64,000 nucleotides of DNA from an uncultured archaeon (GTDB lineage: Archaea; Asgardarchaeota; Lokiarchaeia; Sigyniarchaeales; SOKP01): the NCBI GenBank assembly GCA_964632315.1, contig CAZWEM010000001.1, positions 32,001-96,000 of the forward strand, written 5' to 3'. The translations under genes were made by a program, and so were the position numbers. Below, one piece after another: positions 1-10,256 of the stretch; position 1 is the first letter of the stretch; each line of letters starts with the position of its first letter. The notes under the pieces are model-generated. The model was not told the DNA's origin. It saw only the letters and a program-made list of their open reading frames with translations, and made no database searches.

Positions 1-1863
1 AATAAAGAATCAGAAAAAGAATTACTCTTTCGAATTCAGAAATATTTTGAAGATAACGTGAAAACGCGTTATAAGGATATCATTGAGGAAAATGAACATA
101 TAGGCTTGAATAAAAATTTAGTATATATTGTGGTTCAAGAATTACAATCAATCTCCCTTCTTCAATCCTCTAAAGATCTTTTGAGAGATGCGTTTGAAGT
201 TTTCGTTAGTAAAGCTTTAAAAGAAGAAGGTGGACAATTTTTTACACCAATTAACATCATAAAATTCATGGTAAATTTTTTAAATCCTGATTTAGGTTCT
301 AAAATAATTGACCCCGCTTGCGGTCATGGAGGATTCCTACTTGAACTTAGAGATTTATTACAAAATAAGTCTGGAATCAATGTTAATATAAAAATTGTCG
401 ATAATTTGTATGGAATGGATAAGGATTCATTTCTAGTAAAGATTTGCAAATTATATTTAGAAATCCTTAGTGGAGAAAAAGCAAAAATTTACTGCGAAGA
501 TTCATTAGACCCCATAAGTTATAGATTAGAATCAAGTAAAGAAATCAAAGATGATTATTTTGATTATGTCCTTACTAATCCTCCCTTTGGAGCACGTATT
601 CCAATTGATAATAAAGAACTTCTTAATAAGTATCAACTTGGCCATTTATGGCGAAATTTCGAGGGCCAATGGGAAATACAACCTAAATTGGTCAAGAAAC
701 AAGCGCCTCAAATTCTATTTATAGAAAGATGTGTTAATTTACTTCGTAATGGGGGAAAAATGGGTATCATCTTACCTGAAGGCATTTTTGGAAATCCCTC
801 TGATCGCTATATATGGGAATATTTAAATCAAAAGGGTAAGATTCTGGCTGTAGTTTCATTAGATCAGAATGCTTTCCAACCTTATACATGTAACAAAACA
901 AGCATTTTGTTTTTTGAGAAATTAAAACAAATACCAAATGAATATGATATTAATTTTGCGATAATCAATAATGTTGGACATGATAAGGATGGAAAAGTTA
1001 CCTATAGACTGCAACAAAATGGTGATCCAATTTTGAATGAAGAAGGAAAACCCATAATCAATAACGAATTAAGAAATCTCCATTTCCAACTTCTAAACGC
1101 AGAGGATTTTGATTATACTCAGGATCAAAAAATTTTCAGAATCAAAAATCAGCAGATTTATCGCTACATCTACATCCCGAGTTATTACACGGGAGTAGAA
1201 AAAACCTTAAAACTTCTTGAAACGGATGCAAATTATCAACTTTATACAATTAAGCAATTAACAGAAGAAAAAATAATTTATACTAATCAAAATGGATATA
1301 TTCCTAGAGGAGATGAAATAGGATCCCACCTCTATGGATTAGGAGATGTGCCTTTTATAAGGACGAGTGAAATTAATAATTGGGAAATAAATTTAGAATC
1401 GAATAAATCTACTTCTGAAGAAGTCTACGAAAAATATAGAGAGAAACAAAATTTAGAAGTTGGAGATATTCTTTTAGTGAAAGATGGCGGGTCAAATTTA
1501 ATTGGTAATACAGCCTATATCTCTGAGTTAGATACAAAGATAATCATTCAAAGTCACATTTTTCAACTTAAGGTCATTAAAAACGATAAACTTATTGATC
1601 CCTATCTCTTATTATATCTACTTAACTTAGAGATTGTTCAAAAGCAAATACAAGCGATTACATTCGTTCAAGGAACCATAGCAAGTATCGGAAATCGGAT
1701 TATGGATGTAATTTTGCCTTTTCCTTCTAAACTTGAGCGAAGAAAAGAAATCTCTTCATATGTTAAAGCAATTATTGAAAATAAGACTGAAACAAGAAGA
1801 AAAATAATCAAGTTAAAGAAATCCACATTATCAGAATTTAACTTTAATGGGAGAAAACACTAA
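1..1863 (+). CDS. N6-adenine DNA methyltransferase fused to a specificity (TRD) domain, restriction-modification (5' partial)
   Basis: GQFFTP, DPACGHGGFL (motif I), NPPF (motif IV); C-terminal HsdS-like region (VPFIRTSEI, GDILLVKDG, Y.L.LLN, I.LPFP); frame open from base 1. Confidence 0.85.
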   Translation, partial: NKESEKELLFRIQKYFEDNVKTRYKDIIEENEHIGLNKNLVYIVVQELQSISLLQSSKDLLRDAFEVFVSKALKEEGGQFFTPINIIKFMVNFLNPDLGSKIIDPACGHGGFLLELRDLLQNKSGINVNIKIVDNLYGMDKDSFLVKICKLYLEILSGEKAKIYCEDSLDPISYRLESSKEIKDDYFDYVLTNPPFGARIPIDNKELLNKYQLGHLWRNFEGQWEIQPKLVKKQAPQILFIERCVNLLRNGGKMGIILPEGIFGNPSDRYIWEYLNQKGKILAVVSLDQNAFQPYTCNKTSILFFEKLKQIPNEYDINFAIINNVGHDKDGKVTYRLQQNGDPILNEEGKPIINNELRNLHFQLLNAEDFDYTQDQKIFRIKNQQIYRYIYIPSYYTGVEKTLKLLETDANYQLYTIKQLTEEKIIYTNQNGYIPRGDEIGSHLYGLGDVPFIRTSEINNWEINLESNKSTSEEVYEKYREKQNLEVGDILLVKDGGSNLIGNTAYISELDTKIIIQSHIFQLKVIKNDKLIDPYLLLYLLNLEIVQKQIQAITFVQGTIASIGNRIMDVILPFPSKLERRKEISSYVKAIIENKTETRRKIIKLKKSTLSEFNFNGRKH

Positions 1864-1868
1864 AATTA

Positions 1869-2315
1869 GTGAGTAAAATGATTATAAAAAAATTTTCAAT
1901 GAAATATTATAAGGATGTAATCCAAATTTGGAAAAATTCGGGTATTAGTGTTGGATCTTCAGATGAGAAGGAAGAGATTAAGAGAGTCTTACATAAAAAT
2001 CCCGATTTATTTTTGATTGGCTTAATTGATAAAGAGGTCATTGCAGTTGTGATTGGTGCTTTTGATGGAAGGCGGGGATATGTCCATCATCTCGCAGTAT
2101 CTCCAGCATATCAGAAAAAAGGATATGGGAGAAAGATAATGGAAGAATTACATGAAAGGTTTCAAAATCTTAACGTTCATAAAGTACATTTATTCATTGA
2201 AAAAAATAATGAAGACGTAATTAACTTCTATAAAAAAATAGGTTGGGAGATAAGGGATGATTTGATTATGATGAGCTATGTCCCAAATACCGATTTATAT
2301 AAGAGAGATATTTAG
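1869..2315 (+). CDS. GNAT acetyltransferase (YpeA-like)
   Basis: DGRRGYVHHLAV, YQKKGYG acetyl-CoA motif A, FYKKIGW. Confidence 0.85.
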   Translation: MSKMIIKKFSMKYYKDVIQIWKNSGISVGSSDEKEEIKRVLHKNPDLFLIGLIDKEVIAVVIGAFDGRRGYVHHLAVSPAYQKKGYGRKIMEELHERFQNLNVHKVHLFIEKNNEDVINFYKKIGWEIRDDLIMMSYVPNTDLYKRDI

Positions 2316-2434
2316 TAATATTCCATTGAAAATATTTGTGTGATTGGACAAAACTATAAATATTTTGTGCGAAAATATAATTTCTATACAACAATTTATA
2401 TCAATTCCAATCATAATTAAAAACTAGATTTAAG

Positions 2435-4132
2435 ATGAAAGATTATTCTGAATGGGAACCCTTTTATGATTATGAAAATGAATCCCCATATCTAGAAAAT
2501 CCTAATAGGCCTTGGTTAAAGTTTCGTGCCGATAACGTTCCTAAATCTATAAAGTTTGAACCAATTCCAGTACAAGAATTTATAAGGCTTTCAGCAAGTG
2601 AATACCAAAATAATGTATGCGTTTATCACAAACCTTCCGATAAAAAATATACTTATAGAGAATTTTTATATCTTTCCGATAAGGTAGGCAATGCACTTTA
2701 TGAAATGGGAGTACGTAAGGGTGATGCAGTGGGAATTATGACCGGGAATGTTCCTGAATTCTTATTTTGTTGCATGGGAATCATGGAGTGTGGTGCTGCT
2801 GTCACCCCCATAAATCCTCTCCTCAAAGAAAATGACGTCATACACATTATTAAAGAAGCAGGAAATTTGGACATCATATTCGTTAGTAGAACTTTATATA
2901 GAACCATCAAAAAGGTATTAAAAGAAGTAGAATTAAAGCATGTCATTTTATTAGAGACAGAGGAAGCTAAGGAGGGAACTATTACATTTCATGAATTCAT
3001 TGAAGGTGTAGCTCCAAAAGCTCCGGAAGTTGAAATTGATCCAATAAATGATTTAGCAGCTTTACTATTTACGGGAGGAACAACTGGACTACCAAAAGGA
3101 GTAATGTTAACTCATAACAATTTAGTTGCTGACGCACTTTCAGTGCTTTTGATGAATGGAGAACCTGAAGAGGAAGAAGATCAATTTGGAAAGTCAGTAG
3201 CTCTTGCAGTTCTACCCTTATGCCACACCTTTGGATTTGAAGTATTAATTGCTGCATTATTTGGAGCCGCCATGCTTGTCATGTTTTCTTCTTTCAATGC
3301 CTCAGACGTTTTAGAGGCAATAGAATACTACAAAGTCACTAATTATGTTGGAGTACCCGTAATGTTTCAAATGTTAATTAACGATCCAGATTTTACAGAA
3401 CGAGATCTCTCAAGTTTAGAAGAAGCGAATTCAGGTTCAGCCGCCTTAGCGCCAGAATTAGCAAAGAGATGGCAAGCAGTTGTTGGTACTAAGGTAGGCC
3501 AAGGTTTTGGTTTAACGGAAACCTCTCCAATCACACATATGCCCGCAAAATGGATGCCAGATATCAAATCAGAAAGTATAGGTGTTCCCATCATTGATAC
3601 TGACTGCAAAATCGTCAATCCCGAGACTTTAGAAGAACTAGAACAAGGACAAGTAGGAGAATTGTTAATTAAAGGGCCTCAAGTTATGAAAGGATATTGG
3701 AATCAACCAGAAGAAACCAAGAAAACGATCATAAATGGGTGGTTACGTACGGGAGATCTAGGACGCATGGATGAACAAGGATATTTCTATATTGAAGGGA
3801 GAACCAAAGATATAATAAAATATAAAGGTTACAAAGTAATGCCGAAGGAGGTAGAGGAAAAATTATTCGAGCATCCTGCAGTTTTAGAGGCAGGAGTTGT
3901 TTCAGCACCAGATCCAAACATAGGGGAAACCATCAAAGCCTATGTTGCTTTAAAACCAGAGTATAAGGATAAGGTAACCGAAAAAGAAATAATTGAATGG
4001 GCAAAAGAACGATTGGCTGCATATAAATATCCTCGACAGGTTGAATTTGTAAACGTACTACCTAGGACAGCAGTAGGGAAGATTTTTCGAAGAGTGTTAC
4101 GCGAAAGATCTGTTAAGAAAAATAATCGTTAA
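2435..4132 (+). CDS. Long-chain fatty acid-CoA ligase
   Basis: FTGGTTGLPKG, GFGLTE, TGDLG, PRTAVGK. Confidence 0.9.
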   Translation: MKDYSEWEPFYDYENESPYLENPNRPWLKFRADNVPKSIKFEPIPVQEFIRLSASEYQNNVCVYHKPSDKKYTYREFLYLSDKVGNALYEMGVRKGDAVGIMTGNVPEFLFCCMGIMECGAAVTPINPLLKENDVIHIIKEAGNLDIIFVSRTLYRTIKKVLKEVELKHVILLETEEAKEGTITFHEFIEGVAPKAPEVEIDPINDLAALLFTGGTTGLPKGVMLTHNNLVADALSVLLMNGEPEEEEDQFGKSVALAVLPLCHTFGFEVLIAALFGAAMLVMFSSFNASDVLEAIEYYKVTNYVGVPVMFQMLINDPDFTERDLSSLEEANSGSAALAPELAKRWQAVVGTKVGQGFGLTETSPITHMPAKWMPDIKSESIGVPIIDTDCKIVNPETLEELEQGQVGELLIKGPQVMKGYWNQPEETKKTIINGWLRTGDLGRMDEQGYFYIEGRTKDIIKYKGYKVMPKEVEEKLFEHPAVLEAGVVSAPDPNIGETIKAYVALKPEYKDKVTEKEIIEWAKERLAAYKYPRQVEFVNVLPRTAVGKIFRRVLRERSVKKNNR

Positions 4133-4710
4133 TTTTCAATGTTTTCTATTATCTCCTTAATTTCATCAAGCTTACGATAAATATCCTCAAAGTGCCCACC
4201 TATCCAATAGAGCTTGTTACAGTTTTCATTCTCACAAACCCAAAAATCTTGATTACTTTCGTATACCGCGTTCGGTATCTTTTGTTGATAATCAGCTTTA
4301 TTTCTAACTTTCCTAATCGTAGAATTACAAGCGGAACAGCGAGCTAATTCAGGAACGTAATGTAGGCGTATATTGAATTTTAGATGCAATGCAACCATCG
4401 ATTGAACAAAATCTTCTGTATTCAATAAAAGTAAGGGTGTTAATATCTCATTGGATTTTATTTCAAACTTCTTATAAACTTCTGGATTACTCTTTAAAAG
4501 AAGGTGGAATTTCTTTCTAAATCTATTTGCCATCTCTCTATCCCGAGTGATTAGAATTCTATAATCTAATAGAGATTGCTCTATCAATATATCATCTTCT
4601 ACGGGAGTCCCATATTTGACTTCGTAATCTTTGGCATATTTAGTATCATATCCTAAAAAACGTAACCAACTAGTTAAATTTCCTTCCATTTCATCAGTAA
4701 GGAACTTCAT
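4129..4710 (-). CDS. Mut7-C RNase domain protein
   Basis: KFLTDEM..L.SWLRFLGYDT, LITRDR, RCSACN, C..C.KLYW.G.H. Confidence 0.85.
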   Translation of the reverse strand: MKFLTDEMEGNLTSWLRFLGYDTKYAKDYEVKYGTPVEDDILIEQSLLDYRILITRDREMANRFRKKFHLLLKSNPEVYKKFEIKSNEILTPLLLLNTEDFVQSMVALHLKFNIRLHYVPELARCSACNSTIRKVRNKADYQQKIPNAVYESNQDFWVCENENCNKLYWIGGHFEDIYRKLDEIKEIIENIEN

Positions 4711-4826
4711 TTGAATCTATTTTCTCATAACTTTTATAAATACTCATTAAATCATTTGATATTATAACTAGAACTTCCTTTAAGCTCCCCTACGAATAGG
4801 ATTTTTAAATGAAAAAAATAAAAAAA

Positions 4827-5876
4827 TTATTGAATTATTGAACTCGCTTTTTTCAGCCTTGATTCAGCGACGCTTGCAATAGATTCGATTATATCTTTAA
4901 CTTTATCTATACTGTTTATTAAACCGCAACTCTGACCAAGAGGTATGGCTCCAGTTACTAGATCTCCATTTAAATACACGGATTCATAGTGCTTAGCATC
5001 CTCAAGTAGGTCCTGCATGGTAAATTCTGCCTCTTCGGCCATTTTTTCATCCCTACTGTCAATGAGTCCGTGATGAAGAGCATATTCATTTCTCCATAAT
5101 CTTATTGGCCCTAGAAAACCCGTAACTATGATAGTATCTTTGGGTTTCGCAGGAGGAACAATATCCTTGTATTTTGGATGAAATTCACTCTCTTCTGATG
5201 CTATGAACCTAGAACCCATTGCAATTGCGCCTGCTCCCATTGCTAGCGCAGCTGCCAGTCCATACCCATTTCCAAAGGCTCCACAAGCAATCACTGGGAA
5301 ATCAGGATATTTCTCAATTACATCTTGAAGTAATATCAATGTGCCTGTTTTTTCATAAGACTGATGACCTCCTCCCTCACTTCCCGTAACAACCATACCG
5401 TCAACCCCCGAAGCAACACATTTATCTGCTAACCATGCAGCCGGAGCTACATGAAAGTGTTTTATATCACTTTTTTCTCTCAGTAATTGAAAATTTCTGC
5501 TTGCTGGTAAGGTCTTTGACGATCCTGCGCTCGTTAATGCGTATACACATTGGTCTCTGACTTTCTGATTCTCCATGATAAATTTTGGTATTTGTCTGCA
5601 AAGCTTTTTAGCATCATATTGCATTCTACCCGTTCTTATATTGAATCCAAAGGGTTTATCTGTATGTTCTACGACATATTCCATATCCTCTTTCATTGCT
5701 TTAAAACTATCTCTCCCCATGAGGTTGGTATGACTGATTACACCCATACCACCTGCTTCGGACACCGCCACAGTTAACTCTTTTGTAAAATAGGGACCCA
5801 TTGGGGCTGCAAATATGGGATGTTTTATCCCAAACATTTCAGTTATTCTTGTCTTTAACATCTTTAAGTCTATCAA
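4827..5876 (-). CDS. Nitronate monooxygenase / FabK-like flavoprotein (likely start 5861)
   Basis: KTRITEMFGIKHPI..APM, AVSEAGGMG, EGGGH, MGSRF. Confidence 0.85.
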   Translation of the reverse strand: MIDLKMLKTRITEMFGIKHPIFAAPMGPYFTKELTVAVSEAGGMGVISHTNLMGRDSFKAMKEDMEYVVEHTDKPFGFNIRTGRMQYDAKKLCRQIPKFIMENQKVRDQCVYALTSAGSSKTLPASRNFQLLREKSDIKHFHVAPAAWLADKCVASGVDGMVVTGSEGGGHQSYEKTGTLILLQDVIEKYPDFPVIACGAFGNGYGLAAALAMGAGAIAMGSRFIASEESEFHPKYKDIVPPAKPKDTIIVTGFLGPIRLWRNEYALHHGLIDSRDEKMAEEAEFTMQDLLEDAKHYESVYLNGDLVTGAIPLGQSCGLINSIDKVKDIIESIASVAESRLKKASSIIQ

Positions 5877-5969
5877 TAATTTTTATTTTTATAGTTAATA
5901 GTTTAATTTAAGAACTAAAAAAGCTTATCAGAGATTTTTAGTTTAAAATTTAAATTTCGATTGGAAGGG

Positions 5970-7472
5970 TTATTCTTCGAGAGAAATCACAACATTTCTG
6001 TTTATCTCCTTGTTGTAAGCTATTTTTGCTTTTTTTCCCACAAGTTCTTCATTTTCTAATTTTAAAAGCCTTTTACTACTAAAGTTCATTAAAGCTAGGG
6101 TCCGCGTTCCATTTTTAAATTCTCCTAAAATAATCCCCTTCTCAGGTTTTCCTGATCGATCATAGGTGATTGTATAACCTCGAATTATTATTTTTCCATT
6201 GGCTTTCTCGATAGGTTTCATTAATTTTGCAGAATCAATTTTTTTTTGCACTGCCATCTCAATTGATTTAAGCTCATCCCATGAGATTTTAGGTCCAAAT
6301 TTCCCATAAATCCCTATAGATTGTTTTGTATTATAACCACCATTTGCTATCACCATAATTTTTAAGGAAGGCTTGTTGCGAATCAAATTCACTGCATTCA
6401 CGATAGAGTGAAGTGAATAATTACTCCATGGGCCCCCAAAATAAGGTAACCCACCCGTCAAAGTAAGATTCCGTTTATTCTCCAAAGTTATTCCTAATTC
6501 ATCCATAATTATTTGAACTATTGAAGGAAAACAGCTGTAAATATCAAATCCATCAATTTGATCCAAAGTTAGGCCTGCTTGGTTCAATGCTAATTTTGCA
6601 GCTTCTCTCACTGCTGGAGAATCATATAATCTTGGTCGTTGGGTGGTTTCATGGATGTTGTTTAAGTCTGATCCTCCAATTATATTAACCCAGAGTTCTC
6701 TATTTAAATTGATATTTTGGGCAAATCTTTCACTAGTAATTAATATTGAAGCGCTTTGATCAACGTAAAGATTAGCACACATCCTTTTCGTATAGGGATG
6801 AGTAATTAGACGATTATCATTATTTAGGTCAATTATCTCCTTAAATCCAAAACTTTTCTTTGTCCATGAATATGGATTTTCTGCAGCTATTTTTGAAAAA
6901 TGCTCGAAGAGCTTACCCATATTCTTACGATGTAAATCTAAAGATCTTTTCTCAGAAGCTCTTAATGCAGTTTCAAAAATAGCATAAGTATATGGTGGAT
7001 ATTTCAAGCCATACTTATTTTCAAAATCATTGATTCCATCCCAAATCTTTCCCTCCATTTCTTTCGGGTGTTCATATTTTGGCCATTTCTTCTTGATATG
7101 GGTCTCATTATTTAATTTTGAGTACAGTGCTTCTGCTCCCGTGATTAACATAACTCGATATTTACCCTCTTGGATAGCTTTACAAGCACGATTTACTAGC
7201 ATTTGTGGGGTATTTCCTCCATCTGAAAAGTATTTAAAAACTTTAGGAGAAAGTTTAAGACGAGTAGCTAATTCTTTAGGTGCGTAATTATATGACCACG
7301 AATTTATATTGACCATGTAAATTGCATCAATCAAAGTAGCAATTTGTCTAACTCTCGTATTCAAAATCGCATCATTACTTGTTTTTACCATAAGACTAAG
7401 GGGGTCAAGTGGCTCTTTAGTTCCTTTTTTTTGAGTAAATTGAGAAACACCGACAATAATGGGATGAATCAT
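5970..7472 (-). CDS. Thiolase-fold (acetyl-CoA acetyltransferase-like) protein with C-terminal extension
   Basis: GGNTPQ, YTKRM.A...VDQ, DIYSCFPS, LTLTGGLPYFGGP.SNY. Confidence 0.8.
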   Translation of the reverse strand: MIHPIIVGVSQFTQKKGTKEPLDPLSLMVKTSNDAILNTRVRQIATLIDAIYMVNINSWSYNYAPKELATRLKLSPKVFKYFSDGGNTPQMLVNRACKAIQEGKYRVMLITGAEALYSKLNNETHIKKKWPKYEHPKEMEGKIWDGINDFENKYGLKYPPYTYAIFETALRASEKRSLDLHRKNMGKLFEHFSKIAAENPYSWTKKSFGFKEIIDLNNDNRLITHPYTKRMCANLYVDQSASILITSERFAQNINLNRELWVNIIGGSDLNNIHETTQRPRLYDSPAVREAAKLALNQAGLTLDQIDGFDIYSCFPSIVQIIMDELGITLENKRNLTLTGGLPYFGGPWSNYSLHSIVNAVNLIRNKPSLKIMVIANGGYNTKQSIGIYGKFGPKISWDELKSIEMAVQKKIDSAKLMKPIEKANGKIIIRGYTITYDRSGKPEKGIILGEFKNGTRTLALMNFSSKRLLKLENEELVGKKAKIAYNKEINRNVVISLEE

Positions 7473-7499
7473 AATTTCTTCTTAATTTCGTGACAAAAT

Positions 7500-8282
7500 T
7501 CAGGTATATTTTCTATACAAGCTCTTTATAAAATCATCAATTTCCTTTAGCTCCTTTACTCTCCTGTCATACGCGACTTTTCCACACTCATCTTCTAAAT
7601 CGAAATATGATTTAACACGTCCCTTTTCCATGATGGTTAACATCGTTTTCGTGAATATCGAAAATTTTGATTGATATCTACAGATATTTTTTGCGAATTT
7701 TAAAGCCTCATTTTCTAAATCTTCTAAAGGAAAAACTCGGGTTGGGAAATTGATGTTTTTCAAATCTTCAATTCCAATTTTATCTGCTGCGTAAAGAAGG
7801 TTTTTAGCATAATTGAATCCAAATGAAATTAGTGGGAGAAACGTTGCTCCCGTTTGTGGAAATGCTGATATTTCAAGTTCTGGTAGTCTCAAATATAATT
7901 CTTCCTTAGATCTTTCAGCAAAAAGTTTTAAATCTGAGGCTAAAATCAGTAAGACTCCAAAACCTATTGCAATTCCCTGAATTTGAGTAATCACGGGTTT
8001 TTTCATCATTAAAATTCCTTCATTTACTCTTCGACCCCATTCTGTGATTTGTGCCACTTTTGCTGGATCTCCCTTGATTTCCTTGAGGTCATAACCAGCA
8101 GAAAAAAACCTGCTTCCTGTACTTCTAATAATAATGCATTTTACTTTCTCATCATTATCAGCATCCATCAACTTAGAATGTAAATCTTTTAACATATCAG
8201 TATTGAATGCATTCGCTTTATCTGGTCTGTTGATAGTAATGATTGCGACTCTTTCCTCAATTTCATACAATAATAAATCCAT
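7500..8282 (-). CDS. Enoyl-CoA hydratase/isomerase family protein
   Basis: ITINRPDKANAF, FFSAGYDLKE, KPVI. Confidence 0.85.
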   Translation of the reverse strand: MDLLLYEIEERVAIITINRPDKANAFNTDMLKDLHSKLMDADNDEKVKCIIIRSTGSRFFSAGYDLKEIKGDPAKVAQITEWGRRVNEGILMMKKPVITQIQGIAIGFGVLLILASDLKLFAERSKEELYLRLPELEISAFPQTGATFLPLISFGFNYAKNLLYAADKIGIEDLKNINFPTRVFPLEDLENEALKFAKNICRYQSKFSIFTKTMLTIMEKGRVKSYFDLEDECGKVAYDRRVKELKEIDDFIKSLYRKYT

Positions 8283-8414
8283 AGGATCCTTTATCTCATA
8301 TAGAAAATAAAAGTTGTTTTTTTCATTAATATTGTCTTAGAAAGTCATTAATAGATATTTTCATTTAAAAATTATAACATTCAAACTTATTTGTCAGCCC
8401 TCTTTCATATAATT

Positions 8415-9083
8415 ATGAGTAATTCTAAACCATTAATACAAGTTGCATTAGATGTTCTAAGTTTAGATGACGCTCTATATATATCCTCAGAAGTTTCTCC
8501 TTTTGTAGATGTGATTGAGGTTGGAACGCCATTAATCAATTCTGAAGGTATAAAATCCGTAAAAGTACTCAAAAATGCACATTCTGATAAGATGATCTGT
8601 GCAGATCTGAAAATCGCTGATGCCGGCTATCTAGAAGTAGAAATGGCGGCATTAGCTGGAGCGGACATTGTTACTGTACTTGCTGATGCATATAAAGCTA
8701 CGATAATTGAAACTTTAAGAGCAGCTAAACTATATAATGTTCATATAATGGCTGATTTGATTATGTCCAGAAAACCTCCAGTTAGACTAGCTGAAATTGT
8801 AGATCTTGAATTTGAGGGTACTAAACTTCAGTATTGTGAAGTGCATAGTGGATTAGATCTCCAAAAATCTCGATATGATCCTCTCGCAGAATTAGCATCG
8901 GTAGCCAATATCCAAGGGCGCCCAAAAATAGCAATAGCAGGAGGAATAAAGTTGCCCGATATCCCAAAACTAAAAACTTACCCCATTGATATCATTATTA
9001 TTGGAGGAGCAATTACTCGGTCCAACGATCCAAAGGCAATATCTAAAGAAATTCGAAAATTGGTAGATTCTACATTTTCTTAG
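8415..9083 (+). CDS. hxlA: 3-hexulose-6-phosphate synthase
   Basis: LIQVALD, IEVGTPLI, ADLKIADAG, VHSGLDLQ, AGGI, IIGGAIT. Confidence 0.8.
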   Translation: MSNSKPLIQVALDVLSLDDALYISSEVSPFVDVIEVGTPLINSEGIKSVKVLKNAHSDKMICADLKIADAGYLEVEMAALAGADIVTVLADAYKATIIETLRAAKLYNVHIMADLIMSRKPPVRLAEIVDLEFEGTKLQYCEVHSGLDLQKSRYDPLAELASVANIQGRPKIAIAGGIKLPDIPKLKTYPIDIIIIGGAITRSNDPKAISKEIRKLVDSTFS

Positions 9084-9143
9084 AAATTCGTGTCATAAGT
9101 ACAAATTTTTGAAAATAGTAAATGATATTAATTTAAAATTAAG

Positions 9144-10250
9144 TCATATTGGAAAAATATCATCAACGACAGAGTTCAATTGAGAAAATTTAGCTCTGTT
9201 TCCATCCCAATCGACTAAAACTGATTTATAGATAAGCTCTATTTTCAAGACTAGCCTTTTGAGGTTAAATTTAAAAAATTCTAATGCTTCACTACTTATT
9301 AAAACTCCAATAACGTATTCACTTGAAAAAATAGTCACGATTTTATTTGCTTTCTCAATAACCGATATTCTATTGTTTTTGATATGCATTAATTCATTTA
9401 GCATGATATTTACTGAGGAAAGAGCTCCTGAAATGGTGTGTTCATCAATGGATTTATCAGAATTTATATATGACTTACTAAATAAGTTAATTCCGTTTTT
9501 AAATAAAAGATAAATATCTTCAATTTTTTTTTGCCAATCACGTTCAAAAAAAGGTGGAATGTTTCTAAACAAAAGAAACATTATAATTATTGCTATAATT
9601 GGAGTAATAGTCCCAATAAGTCTTGCGATTGCCCCCAATGTAATTAAAATAAAATCGAGTGAAAAAAAGTACCCCAATAATAGTAATATTATTGAAAAAC
9701 CCATATACAACCAGCCTTTTGTATGTATTATCTGCATTTTAACTTGTTTATTGAAGACTTTAATATAGAATATGGAAAGGATTAATAAAGAAGGCAATAA
9801 CCAGATTAAAAGATAATTTACCATTAGAAGATCAACTAAACTGAGAATAAAAAATAGAATAAATTGAAATAGAAAGCAAAAGGTTAAGAAATATTTCTTA
9901 TAGAGAAGAGTCTTATACCTTTCCAAAAAATAAGTAAACAATACCACTCCAAGGTTAATTGAAATAAGTCCTATATTCAAAAATAAAAACCTGAAACTCC
10001 CACTTGACCAAAGAAAGAATGGGGATATCAGAATACTTAAAGCATAATAATTAGCTATTAAAAAGAATAGCCTCATAAACGCAATTCCTAAAAAAAAAGC
10101 TGAGAATCCAATATCTTGTGTATTCTTCACTTTTCCAGGTTGCCTTCTGAATTTAATCAGAAAATATAGCCCTAACTCAAAGCAAAATACAATAAAAATC
10201 CATTCCGTTATTAAAGTCGTGAATCTTAAGGAATCATTTAAAGGAAAAAT
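9144..10250 (-). CDS. Multi-TM membrane protein with C-terminal longin-like domain (probable ATT start at 10250; track start 10130)
   Basis: About 6-7 hydrophobic helices, then PPFFE.DW, NGINLFS, ISGALSSV..ML.E; frame open 40 codons further upstream with another TM helix. Confidence 0.65.
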   Translation of the reverse strand: MFPLNDSLRFTTLITEWIFIVFCFELGLYFLIKFRRQPGKVKNTQDIGFSAFFLGIAFMRLFFLIANYYALSILISPFFLWSSGSFRFLFLNIGLISINLGVVLFTYFLERYKTLLYKKYFLTFCFLFQFILFFILSLVDLLMVNYLLIWLLPSLLILSIFYIKVFNKQVKMQIIHTKGWLYMGFSIILLLLGYFFSLDFILITLGAIARLIGTITPIIAIIIMFLLFRNIPPFFERDWQKKIEDIYLLFKNGINLFSKSYINSDKSIDEHTISGALSSVNIMLNELMHIKNNRISVIEKANKIVTIFSSEYVIGVLISSEALEFFKFNLKRLVLKIELIYKSVLVDWDGNRAKFSQLNSVVDDIFPI

Positions 10251-10256
10251 CTCTTA

